In this document: one piece after another, positions 24,230 through 38,000 of the stretch | How the letters are laid out: every line of letters begins with the position of its first letter | Numbering within the stretch: the first letter of the stretch is position 1 | Source: Auanema rhodensis | Taxonomy: Eukaryota > Animalia > Nematoda | DNA length: 64,000 nucleotides | Direction of reading: 5' to 3' | NCBI GenBank assembly: GCA_964057225.1 | Contig: OZ059896.1 | Coordinates: 19,158,001-19,222,000, forward strand | Program-made: the position numbers and the translations under genes | Notes under the pieces: generated by a model | What the model was told of the DNA's origin: nothing | Seen by the model: the letters and a program-made list of their open reading frames with translations, nothing else | Database searches by the model: none

Positions 24230-27200
24230 CAAAAACATTTTGACAAAAATTTTTTCGAAAAATTTCAAAATAATTTAGCAAAAAGTAGATGTTTTTAGAT
24301 TCCTTTTTTCAAGGCAAAGACGATGGACATTGTTATTCAACGAAAAAATTAATTCTTCATTGTGAAAATCGAGGATATAAGTGTGAACTTATATCAGTTG
24401 ATATCTCGGTGCATTTTTAAGCTAGCGCAAATCTCATAACACAGATCGACGCAGCTTAAAAATCCGCATCGAATGCACTATACTACATTGAGAAACGCTT
24501 AATACAAAAATTAGTTATGATCGTTTGAAAAATGATGCATTAGTGTATGTTGAGTTTCCATGTACACTCAACATTGCTTCCAAAAACATTTTGACAAAAA
24601 ATTTTTCGAAAAATTTCTAAATAATTTAGCAAAAAGTAGATGTTTTTAGATTCCTTTTTTCAAGGCAAAGACGATGGACAATGTTATTCAACGAAAAAAT
24701 TAATTCTTCAGGGTGAAAATCGAGGATATAAGTGTGAACTTATATCAGTTGATATCTCGGTGCATTTTTAAGCTAGCGCAAATCTCATAACACAGATCGA
24801 CGCAGCTTAAAAATCCGCATCGAATGCACTATACTACATTGAGAAACGCTTAATACAAAAATTAGTTATGATCGTTTGAAAAATGATGCATTAGTGTATG
24901 TTGAGTTTCCATGTACATTCAACATTGCTTCCAAAAACATTTTGACAAAAATTTTTTCGAAAAATTTCAAAATAATTTAGCAAAAAGTAAATGTTTTTAG
25001 ATTCCTTTTTTCAAGGCAAAGACGATGGACATTGTTATTCAACGAAAAAATTAATTCTTCAGGGTGAAAATCGAGGATATAAGTGTGAACTTATATCAGT
25101 TGATATCTCGGTGCATTTTTAAGCTAGCGCAAATCTGATAACACAGATCGACGCAGCTTAAAAATCCGCATCGAATGCACTATACTACATTGAGAAACGC
25201 TTAATACAAAAATTAGTTATGATCGTTTGAAAAATGATGCATTAGTGTATGTTGAGTTTCCATGTACACTCAACATTGCTTCCAAAAACATTTTGACAAA
25301 AATTTTTTCGAAAAATTTCTAAATAATTTAGCAAAAAGTAGATGTTTTTAGATTCCTTTTTTCAAGGCAAAGACGATGGACAATGTTATTCAACGAAAAA
25401 ATTAATTCTTCAGGGTGAAAATCGAGGATATAAGTGTGAACTTATATCAGTTGATATCTCGGTGCATTTTTAAGCTAGCGCAAATCTCATAACACAGATC
25501 GACGCAGCTTAAAAATCCGCATCGAATGCACTATACTACATTGAGAAACGCTTAATACAAAAATTAGTTATGATCGTTTGAAAAATGATGCATTAGTGTA
25601 TGTTGAGTTTCCATGTACATTCAACATTGCTTCCAAAAACATTTTGACAAAAATGTTTTCGAAAAATTTCAAAATAATTTAGCAAAAAGTAGATGTTTTT
25701 AGATTCCTTTTTTCAAGGCAAAGACGATGGACAATGTTATTCAACGAAAAAATTAATTCTTCAGGGTGAAAATCGAGGATATAAGTGTGAACTTATATCA
25801 GTTGATATATCGGTGCATTTTTAAGCTAGCGCAAATCTAATAACACAGATCGACGCAGCTTAAAAATCCGCATCGAATGCACTATACTACATTGAGAAAC
25901 GCTTAATACAAAAATTAGTTATGATCGTTTGAAAAATGATGCATTAGTGTATGTTGAGTTTCCATGTACACTCAACATTGCTTCCAAAAACATTTTGACA
26001 AAAATTTTTTCGAAAAATTTCAAAATAATTTAGCAAAAAGTAGATGTTGTTAGATTCCTTTTTTCAAGGCAAAGACGATGGACAATGTTATTCAACGAAA
26101 AAATTAATTCTTCAGGGTGAAAATCGAGGATATAAGTGTGAACTTATATCAGTTGATATCTCGGTGCATTTTTAAGCTAGCGCAAATCTGATAACACAGA
26201 TCGACGCAGCTTAAAAATCCGCATCGAATGCACTATACTACATTGAGAAACGCTTAATACAAGAATTAGTTATGATCGTTTGAAAAATGATGCATTAGTG
26301 TATGTTGAGTTTCCATGTACACTCAACATTGCTTCCAAAAACATTTTGACAAAAATTTTTTCGAAAAATTTCAAAATAATTTAGCAAAAAGTAGATGTTT
26401 TTAGATTCCTTTTTTCAAGGCAAAGACGATGGACATTGTTATTCAACGAAAAAATTAATTCTTCATTGTGAAAATCGAGGATATAAGTGTGAACTTATAT
26501 CAGTTGATATCTCGGTGCATTTTTAAGCTAGCGCAAATCTCATAACACAGATCGACGCAGCTTAAAAATCCGCATCGAATGCACTATACTACATTGAGAA
26601 ACGCTTAATACAAAAATTAGTTATGATCGTTTGAAAAATGATGCATTAGTGTATGTTGAGTTTCCATGTACACTCAACATTGCTTCCAAAAACATTTTGA
26701 CAAAAATTTTTTCGAAAAATTTCAAAATAATTTAGCAAAAAGTAGATGTTCTTAGATTCCTTTTTTCAAGGCAAAGACGATGGACATTGTTATTCAACGA
26801 AAAAATTAATTCTTCATTGTGAAAATCGAGGATATAAGTGTGAACTTATATCAGTTGATATCTCGGTGCATTTTTAAGCTAGCGCAAATCTCATAACACA
26901 GATCGACGCAGCTTAAAAATCCGCATCGAATGCACTATACTACATTGAGAAACGCTTAATACAAAAATTAGTTATGATCGTTTGAAAAATGATGCATTAG
27001 TGTATGTTGAGTTTCCATGTACACTCAACATTGCTTCCAAAAACATTTTGACAAAAAATTTTTCGAAAAATTTCTAAATAATTTAGCAAAAAGTAGATGT
27101 TTTTAGATTCCTTTTTTCAAGGCAAAGACGATGGACAATGTTATTCAACGAAAAAATTAATTCTTCAGGGTGAAAATCGAGGATATAAGTGTGAACTTAT

Positions 27201-29150
27201 ATCAGTTGATATCTCGGTGCATTTTTAAGCTAGCGCAAATCTCATAACACAGATCGACGCAGCTTAAAAATCCGCATCGAATGCACTATACTACATTGAG
27301 AAACGCTTAATACAAAAATTAGTTATGATCGTTTGAAAAATGATGCATTAGTGTATGTTGAGTTTCCATGTACATTCAACATTGCTTCCAAAAACATTTT
27401 GACAAAAATTTTTTCGAAAAATTTCAAAATAATTTAGCAAAAAGTAAATGTTTTTAGATTCCTTTTTTCAAGGCAAAGACGATGGACATTGTTATTCAAC
27501 GAAAAAATTAATTCTTCAGGGTGAAAATCGAGGATATAAGTGTGAACTTATATCAGTTGATATCTCGGTGCATTTTTAAGCTAGCGCAAATCTGATAACA
27601 CAGATCGACGCAGCTTAAAAATCCGCATCGAATGCACTATACTACATTGAGAAACGCTTAATACAAAAATTAGTTATGATCGTTTGAAAAATGATGCATT
27701 AGTGTATGTTGAGTTTCCATGTACACTCAACATTGCTTCCAAAAACATTTTGACAAAAATTTTTTCGAAAAATTTCTAAATAATTTAGCAAAAAGTAGAT
27801 GTTTTTAGATTCCTTTTTTCAAGGCAAAGACGATGGACAATGTTATTCAACGAAAAAATTAATTCTTCAGGGTGAAAATCGAGGATATAAGTGTGAACTT
27901 ATATCAGTTGATATCTCGGTGCATTTTTAAGCTAGCGCAAATCTCATAACACAGATCGACGCAGCTTAAAAATCCGCATCGAATGCACTATACTACATTG
28001 AGAAACGCTTAATACAAAAATTAGTTATGATCGTTTGAAAAATGATGCATTAGTGTATGTTGAGTTTCCATGTACATTCAACATTGCTTCCAAAAACATT
28101 TTGACAAAAATGTTTTCGAAAAATTTCAAAATAATTTAGCAAAAAGTAGATGTTTTTAGATTCCTTTTTTCAAGGCAAAGACGATGGACAATGTTATTCA
28201 ACGAAAAAATTAATTCTTCAGGGTGAAAATCGAGGATATAAGTGTGAACTTATATCAGTTGATATATCGGTGCATTTTTAAGCTAGCGCAAATCTAATAA
28301 CACAGATCGACGCAGCTTAAAAATCCGCATCGAATGCACTATACTACATTGAGAAACGCTTAATACAAAAATTAGTTATGATCGTTTGAAAAATGATGCA
28401 TTAGTGTATGTTGAGTTTCCATGTACACTCAACATTGCTTCCAAAAACATTTTGACAAAAATTTTTTCGAAAAATTTCAAAATAATTTAGCAAAAAGTAG
28501 ATGTTGTTAGATTCCTTTTTTCAAGGCAAAGACGATGGACAATGTTATTCAACGAAAAAATTAATTCTTCAGGGTGAAAATCGAGGATATAAGTGTGAAC
28601 TTATATCAGTTGATATCTCGGTGCATTTTTAAGCTAGCGCAAATCTGATAACACAGATCGACGCAGCTTAAAAATCCGCATCGAATGCACTATACTACAT
28701 TGAGAAACGCTTAATACAAGAATTAGTTATGATCGTTTGAAAAATGATGCATTAGTGTATGTTGAGTTTCCATGTACACTCAACATTGCTTCCAAAAACA
28801 TTTTGACAAAAATTTTTTCGAAAAATTTCAAAATAATTTAGCAAAAAGTAGATGTTTTTAGATTCCTTTTTTCAAGGCAAAGACGATGGACATTGTTATT
28901 CAACGAAAAAATTAATTCTTCATTGTGAAAATCGAGGATATAAGTGTGAACTTATATCAGTTGATATCTCGGTGCATTTTTAAGCTAGCGCAAATCTCAT
29001 AACACAGATCGACGCAGCTTAAAAATCCGCATCGAATGCACTATACTACATTGAGAAACGCTTAATACAAAAATTAGTTATGATCGTTTGAAAAATGATG
29101 CATTAGTGTATGTTGAGTTTCCATGTACACTCAACATTGCTTCCAAAAAC
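24230..29150. repeat. 7-monomer higher-order duplication (2 x 2457 bp; ends approximate)
   Basis: AATGTTTTCG at 25655/28112 and ACAAGAATT at 26263/28720 both have lag 2457 = 7 x 351. The intervening monomer types match in order. Confidence 0.88.
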
Positions 29151-32100
29151 ATTTTGACAAAAATTTTTTCGAAAAATTTCAAAATAATTTAGCAAAAAGT
29201 AGATGTTGTTAGATTCCTTTTTTCAAGGCAAAGACGATGGACAATGTTATTCAACGAAAAAATTAATTCTTCAGGGTGAAAATCGAGGATATAAGTGTGA
29301 ACTTATATCAGTTGATATCTCGGTGCATTTTTAAGCTAGCGCAAATCTGATAACACAGATCGACGCAGCTTAAAAATCCGCATCGAATGCACTACACTAC
29401 ATTGAGAAACGCTTAATACAAAAATTAGTTATGATCGTTTGAAAAATGATGCATTAGTGTATGTTGAGTTTCCATGTACACTCAACATTGCTTCCAAAAA
29501 CATTTTGACAAAAATTTTTTCGAAAAATTTCAAAATAATTTAGCAAAAAGTAGATGTTTTTAGATTCCTTTTTTCAAGGCAAAGCCGATGGACATTGTTA
29601 TTCAACGAAAAAATTAATTCTTCATTGTGAAAATCGAGGATATAAGTGTGAACTTATATCAGTTGATATCTCGGTGCATTTTTAAGCTAGCGCAAATCTC
29701 ATAACACAGATCGACGCAGCTTAAAAATCCGCATCGAATGCACTATACTACATTGAGAAACGCTTAATACAAAAATTAGTTATGATCGTTTGAAAAATGA
29801 TGCATTAGTGTATGTTGAGTTTCCATGTACACTCAACATTGCTTCCAAAAACATTTTGACAAAAATTTTTTCGAAAAATTTCAAAATAATTTAGCAAAAA
29901 GTAGATGTTTTTAGATTCCTTTTTTCAAGGCAAAGACGATGGACAATGTTATTCAACGAAAAAATTAATTCTTCAGGGTGAAAATCGAGGATATAAGTGT
30001 GAACTTATATCAGTTGATATATCGGTGCATTTTTAAGCTAGCGCAAATCTGATAACACAGATCGACGCAGCTTAAAAATCCGCATCGAATGCACTATACT
30101 ACATTAAGAAACGCTCAATACAAAAATTAGTTATGATCGTTTGAAAAATGATGCATTAGTGTATGTTGAGTTTCCATGTACACTCAACATTGCTTCCAAA
30201 AACATTTTGACAAAAATTTTTTCGAAAAATTTCAAAATAATTTAGCGAAAAGTAGATGTTGTTAGATTCCTTTTTTCAAGGCAAAGACGATGGACAATGT
30301 TATTCAACGAAAAAATTAATTCTTCAGGGTGAAAATCGAGGATATAAGTGTGAACTTATATCAGTTGATATCTCGGTGCATTTTTAAGCTAGCGCAAATC
30401 TGATAACACAGATCGACGCAGCTTAAAAATCCGCATCGAATGCACTACACTACATTGAGAAACGCTTAATACAAAAATTAGTTATGATCGTTTGAAAAAT
30501 GATGCATTAGTGTATGTTGAGTTTCCATGTACACTCAACATTGCTTCCAAAAACATTTTGACAAAAATTTTTTCGAAAAATTTCAAAATAATTTAGCAAA
30601 AAGTAGATGTTTTTAGATTCCTTTTTTCAAGGCAAAGACGATGGACAATGTTATTCAACGAAAAAATTAATTCTTCAGGGTGAAAATCGAGGATATAAGT
30701 GTGAACTTATATCAGTTGATATCTCGGTGCATTTTTAAGCTAGCGCAAATCTGATAACACAGATCGACGCAGCTTAAAAATCCGCATCGAATGCACTATT
30801 CTACATTGAAAAACGCTTAATACAAAAATTAGTTATGATCGTTTGAAAAATGATGCATTAGTGTATGTTGAGTTTCCATGTACACTCAACATTGCTTCCA
30901 AAAACATTTTGACAAAAATTTTTTCGAAAAATTTCTAAATAATTTAGCAAAAAGTAGATGTTTTTAGATTCCTTTTTTCAAGGCAAAGACGATGGACAAT
31001 GTTATTCAACGAAAAAATTAATTCTTCAGGGTGAAAATCGAGGATATAAGTGTGAACTTATATCAGTTGATATCTCGGTGCATTTTTAAGCTAGCGCAAA
31101 TCTGATAACACAGATCGACGCAGCTTAAAAATCCGCATCGAATGCACTATACTAAATTGAGAAACGCTTAATACAAAAACTAGTTATGATCGTTTGAAAA
31201 ATGATGCATTAGTGTATGTTGAGTTTCCATGTACACTCAACATTGCTTCCAAAAACATTTTGACAAAAATTTTTTCGAAAAATTTCAAAATAATTTAGCA
31301 AAAAGTAGATGTTTTTAGATTCCTTTTCTTAAGGCAAAGACGATGGACAATGTTATTCAACGAAAAAATTAATTCTTCAGGGTGAAAATCGAGGATATAA
31401 GTGTGAACTTATATCAGTTGATATCTCGGTGCATGTTTAAGCTAGCGCAAATCTGATAACACAGATCGACGCAGCTTAAAAATCCGCATCAAATGCACTA
31501 TACTACATTGAGAAACGCTTAATACAAAAATTAGTTATGATCGTTTGAAAAATTATGCATTAGTGTATGTTGAGTTTCCATGTACTCTCAACATTGCTTC
31601 CAAAAACATTTTGACAAAAATTTTTTCGAAAAATTTCAAAATAATTTAGCAAAAAGTAGATGTTTTTAGATTCCTTTTTTCAAGGCAAAGACGATGGACA
31701 ATGTTATTCAACGAAAAAATTAATTCTTCAGGGTGAAAATCGAGGATATAAGTGTAAACTTATATCAGTTGAGATCTCGGTGCACTTTTAAGCTAGCGCA
31801 AATCTGATAACACAGATCGACGCAGCTAAAAAATCCGCATCGAATGCACTATACTAAATTGAGAAACGCTTAATACAAAAACTAGTTATGATCGTTTGAA
31901 AAATGATGCATTAGTGTATGTTGAGTTTCCATGTACACTCAACATTGCTTCCAAAAACATTTTGACAAAAATTTTTTCGAAAAATTTCAAAATAATTTAG
32001 CAAAAAGTAGATGTTTTTAGATTCCTTTTTTCAAGGCAAAGACGATGGACAATGTTATTCAACGAAAAAATTAATTCTTCAGGGTGAAAATCGAGGATAT

Positions 32101-34718
32101 AAGTGTAAACTTATATCAGTTGAGATCTCGGTGCACTTTTAAGCTAGCGCAAATCTGATAACACAGATCGACGCAGCTAAAAAATCCGCATCGAATGCAC
32201 TATACTACATTGAGAAACGCTTAATACAAAAACTAGTTATGATCGTTTGAAAAATGATGCATTAGTGTATGTTGAGTTTCCATGTACACTCAACGTTGCT
32301 TCCAAAAACATTTCGACAAAAATTTTTTCGAAAAATTTCAAAATAATTTAGCAAAAAGTAGATGTTTTTAGATTTCTTTTTTCAAGGCAAAGACGATGGA
32401 CAATGTTATTCAACGAAAAAATTAATTCTTTAGGGTGAAAATCGAGGATATAAGTGTGAACTTATATCAGTTGATATCTCGGTGCATTTTTAAGCTAGCG
32501 CAAATCTGATAACACAGATCGACGCAGCTTAAAAATCCGCATCGAATGCACTATACTACATTGAGAAACGCTTAATACAAAAACTAGTTATGATCGTTTG
32601 AAAAATGATGCATTAGTGTATGTTGAGTTTCCATGTACACTCAACGTTGCTTCCAAAAACATTTCGACAAAAATTTTTTCGAAAAATTTCAAAATAATTT
32701 AGCAAAAAGTAGATGTTTTTAGATTCCTTTTTTCAAGGCAAAGACGATGGACAATGTTATTCAACAAAAAAATTAATTCTTCAGGGTGAAAATCGAGGAT
32801 ATAAGTGTGAACTTATATCAGTTGATATCTCGGTGCATTTTTAAGCTAGCGCAAATCTGATAACACAGATCGACGCAGCTTAAAAATCCGCATCGAATGC
32901 ACTATACTACATTGAGAAACGCTTAATACAAAAATTAGTTATGATCGTTTGAAAAATGATGCATTAGTGTATGTTGAGTTTCCATGTACACTCAACATTG
33001 CTTCCAAAAACATTTTGACAAAAATTTTTTCGAAAAATTTCAGAATAATTTAGCAAAAAGTAGATGTTTTTAGATTCCTTTTTTCAAGGCAAAGACGATG
33101 GACAATGTTATTCAACAAAAAAATTAGTTCTTCAGGGTGAAAATCGAGTATATAAGTGTGAACTTATATCAGTTGATATCTCGGTGCATTTTTAAGCTAG
33201 CGCAAATCTCATAACACAGATCGACGCAGCTTAAAAATCCGCATCGAAAGCACTATACTACATTGAGAAACGCTTAATACAAAAATTAGTTATGATCGTT
33301 TGAAAAATGATGCATTAGTGTATGTTGAGTTTCCATGTACACTCAACATTGCTTCCAAAAACATTTTGACAAAAATTTTTTCGAAAAATTTCAAAATAAT
33401 TTAGCAAAAAGTAGATGTTTTTAGATTCCTTTTTTCAAGGCAAAGACGATGGACAATGTTATTCAACGAAAAAATTAATTCTTCAGGGTGAAAATCGAGG
33501 ATATATGTGTGAACTTATATCAGTTGATATCTCGGTGCATTTTTAAGCTAGCGCAAATCTGATAACACAGATCGACGCAGCTTAAAAATCCGCATCGAAT
33601 GCACTATACTACATTGAGAAACGCTTAATACAAAAATTAGTTATGATCGTTTGAAAAATGATGCATTAGTGTATGTTGAGTTTCCATGTACACTCAACGT
33701 TGCTTCCAAAAACATTTCGACAAAAATTTTTTCGAAAAATTTCAAAATAATTTAGCAAAAAGTAGATGTTTTTAGATTCCTTTTTTCAAGGCAAAGACGA
33801 TGGACAATGTTATTCAACAAAAAAATTAATTCTTCAGGGTGAAAATCGAGGATATAAGTGTGAACTTATATCAGTTGATATCTCGGTGCATTTTTAAGCT
33901 AGCGCAAATCTGATAACACAGATCGACGCAGCTTAAAAATCCGCATCGAATGCACTATACTACATTGAGAAACGCTTAATACAAAAATTAGTTATGATCG
34001 TTTGAAAAATGATGCATTAGTGTATGTTGAGTTTCCATGTACACTCAACATTGCTTCCAAAAACATTTTGACAAAAATTTTTTCGAAAAATTTCAAAATA
34101 ATTTAGCAAAAAGTAGATGTTTTTAGATTCCTTTTTTCAAGGCAAAGACGATGGACAATGTTATTCAACAAAAAAATTAGTTCTTCAGGGTGAAAATCGA
34201 GTATATAAGTGTGAACTTATATCAGTTGATATCTCGGTGCATTTTTAAGCTAGCGCAAATCTCATAACACAGATCGACGCAGCTTAAAAATCCGCATCGA
34301 AAGCACTATACTACATTGAGAAACGCTTAATACAAAAATTAGTTATGATCGTTTGAAAAATGATGCATTAGTGTATGTTGAGTTTCCATGTACACTCAAC
34401 ATTGCTTCCAAAAACATTTTGACAAAAATTTTTTCGAAAAATTTCAAAATAATTTAGCAAAAAGTAGATGTTTTTAGATTCCTTTTTTCAAGGCAAAGAC
34501 GATGGACAATGTTATTCAACAAAAAAATTAATTCTTCAGGGTGAAAATCGAGGATATAAGTGTGAACTTATATCAGTTGATATCTCGGTGCATTTTTAAG
34601 CTAGCGCAAATCTGATAACACAGATCGACGCAGCTTAAAAATCCGCATCGAATGCACTATACTACATTGAGAAACGCTTAATACAAAAATTAGTTATGAT
34701 CGTTTGAAAAATGATGCA

Positions 34719-35071
34719 TTAGTGTATGTTGAGTTTCCATGTACACTCAACATTGCTTCCAAAAACATTTTGACAAAAATTTTTTCGAAAAATTTCAAAA
34801 TAATTTAGCAAAAAGTAGATGTTTTTAGATTCCTTTTTTCAAGGCAAAGACGATGGACAATGTTATTCAACAAAAAAATTAGTTCTTCAGGGTGAAAATC
34901 GAGTATATAAGTGTGAACATATATATCAGTTGATATCTCGGTGCATTTTTAAGCTAGCGCAAATCTCATAACACAGATCGACGCAGCTTAAAAATCCGCA
35001 TCGAAAGCACTATACTACATTGAGAAACGCTTAATACAAAAATTAGTTATGATCGTTTGAAAAATGATGCA
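34719..35071. repeat. 353-bp monomer with +2 bp AT slippage
   Basis: GAAC(AT)4CAG, with the (AT)4 at 34919-34926, versus consensus GAACTTATATCAG. The next monomer starts at 35072 instead of 35070. Confidence 0.95.
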
Positions 35072-38000
35072 TTAGTGTATGTTGAGTTTCCATGTACACT
35101 CAACATTGCTTCCAAAAACATTTTGACAAAAATTTTTTCGAAAAATTTCAAAATAATTTAGCAAAAAGTAGATGTTTTTAGATTCCTTTTTTCAAGGCAA
35201 AGACGATGGACAATGTTATTCAACGAAAAAATTAATTCTTCAGGGTGAAAATCGAGGATATATGTGTGAACTTATATCAGTTGATATCTCGGTGCATTTT
35301 TAAGCTAGCGCAAATCTGATAACACAGATCGACGCAGCTTAAAAATCCGCATCGAATGCACTATACTAAATTGAGAAACGCTTAATACAAAAATTAGTTA
35401 TGATCGTTTGAAAAATGATGCATTAGTGTATGTTGAGTTTCCATGTACACTCAACATTGCTTCCAAAAACATTTTGACAAAAATTTTTTCGAAAAATTTC
35501 AAGATAATTTAGCAAAAAGTAGATGTTTTTAGATTCCTTTTTTCAAGGCAAAGACGATGGACAATGTTATTCAACGAAAAAATTAATTCTTCAGGGTGAA
35601 AATCGAGGATATAAGTGTGAACTTATATCAGTTGATATCTCGGTGCATTTTTAAGCTAGCGCAAATCTGATAACACAGATCGACGCAGCTTAAAAATCCG
35701 CATCGAATGCACTATACTACATTGAGAAACGCTTAATACAAAAATTAGTTATGATCGTTTGAAAAATGATGCATTAGTGTATGTTGAGTTTCCATGTACA
35801 CTCAACATTGCTTCCAAAAACATTTCGACAAAAATTTTTTCGAAAAATTTCAAGATAATTTAGCAAAAAGTAGATGTTTTTAGATTCCTTTTTTCAAGGC
35901 AAAGACGATGGACAATGTTATTCAACAAAAAAATTAATTCTTCAGGGTGAAAATCGAGGATATAAGTGTGAACTTATATCAGTTGATATCTCGGTGCATT
36001 TTTAAGCTAGCGCAAATCTGATAACACAGATCGACGCAGCTTAAAAATCCGCATCGAATGCACTATACTACATTGAGAAACGCTTAATACAAAAATTAGT
36101 TATGATCGTTTGAAAAATGATGCATTAGTGTATGTTGAGTTTCCATGTACACTCAACATTGCTTCCAAAAACATTTTGACAAAAATTTTTTCGAAAAATT
36201 TCAAAATAATTTAGCAAAAAGTAGATGTTTTTAGATTCCTTTTTTCAAGGCAAAGACGATGGACAATGTTATTCAACAAAAAAATTAGTTCTTCAGGGTG
36301 AAAATCGAGTATATAAGTGTGAACTTATATCAGTTGATATCTCGGTGCATTTTTAAGCTAGCGCAAATCTCATAACACAGATCGACGCAGCTTAAAAATC
36401 CGCATCGAATGCACTATACTACATTGAGAAACGCTTAATACAAAAATTAGTTATGATCGTTTGAAAAATGATGCATTAGTGTATGTTGAGTTTCCATGTA
36501 CACTCAACATTGCTTCCAAAAACATTTTGACAAAAATTTTTTCGAAAAATTTCAAAATAATTTAGCAAAAAGTAGATGTTTTTAGATTCCTTTTTTCAAG
36601 GCAAAGACGATGGACAATGTTATTCAACGAAAAAATTAATTCTTCAGGGTGAAAATCGAGGATATAAGTGTGAACTTATATCAGTTGATATCTCGGTGCA
36701 TTTTTAAGCTAGCGCAAATCTGATAACACAGATCGACGCAGCTTAAAAATCCGCATCGAATGCACTATACTACATTGAGAAACGCTTAATACAAAAATTA
36801 GTTATGATCGTTTGAAAAATGATGCATTAGTGTATGTTGAGTTTCCATGTACACTCAACATTGCTTCCAAAAACATTTCGACAAAAATTTTTTCGAAAAA
36901 TTTCAAGATAATTTAGCAAAAAGTAGATGTTTTTAGATTCCTTTTTTCAAGGCAAAGACGATGGACAATGTTATTCAACAAAAAAATTAATTCTTCAGGG
37001 TGAAAATCGAGGATATAAGTGTGAACTTATATCAGTTGATATCTCGGTGCATTTTTAAGCTAGCGCAAATCTGATAACACAGATCGACGCAGCTTAAAAA
37101 TCCGCATCGAATGCACTATACTACATTGAGAAACGCTTAATACAAAAATTAGTTATGATCGTTTGAAAAATGATGCATTAGTGTATGTTGAGTTTCCATG
37201 TACACTCAACATTGCTTCCAAAAACATTTTGACAAAAATTTTTTCGAAAAATTTCAAAATAATTTAGCAAAAAGTAGATGTTTTCAGATTCCTTTTTTCA
37301 AGGCAAAGACGATGGACAATGTTATTCAACGAAAAAATTAATTCTTCAGGGTGAAAATCGAGGATATGAGTGTGAACTTATATCAGTTGATATCTCGGTG
37401 CATTTTTAAGCTAGCGCAAATCTGATAACACAGATCGACGCAGCTCAAAAATCCGCATCGAATGCACTATACTACATTGAGAAACGCTTAATACAAAAAT
37501 TAGTTATGATCGTTTGAAAAATGATGCATTAGTGTATGTTGAGTTTCCATGTACACTCAACGTTGCTTCCAAAAACATTTCGACAAAAATTTTTTCGAAA
37601 AATTTCAAGATAATTTAGCAAAAAGTAGATGTTTTTAGATTCCTTTTTTCAAGGCAAAGACGATGGACAATGTTATTCAACAAAAAAATTAATTCTTCAG
37701 GGTGAAAATCGAGGATATAAGTGTGAACTTATATCAGTTGATATCTCGGTGCATTTTTAAGCTAGCGCAAATCTGATAACACAGATCGACGCAGCTTAAA
37801 AATCCGCATCGAATGCACTATACTACATTGAGAAACGCTTAATACAAAAATTAGTTATGATCGTTTGAAAAATGATGCATTAGTGTATGTTGAGTTTCCA
37901 TGTACACTCAACATTGCTTCCAAAAACATTTCGACAAAAATTTTTTCGAAAAATTTCAAGATAATTTAGCAAAAAGTAGATGTTTTTAGATTCCTTTTTT

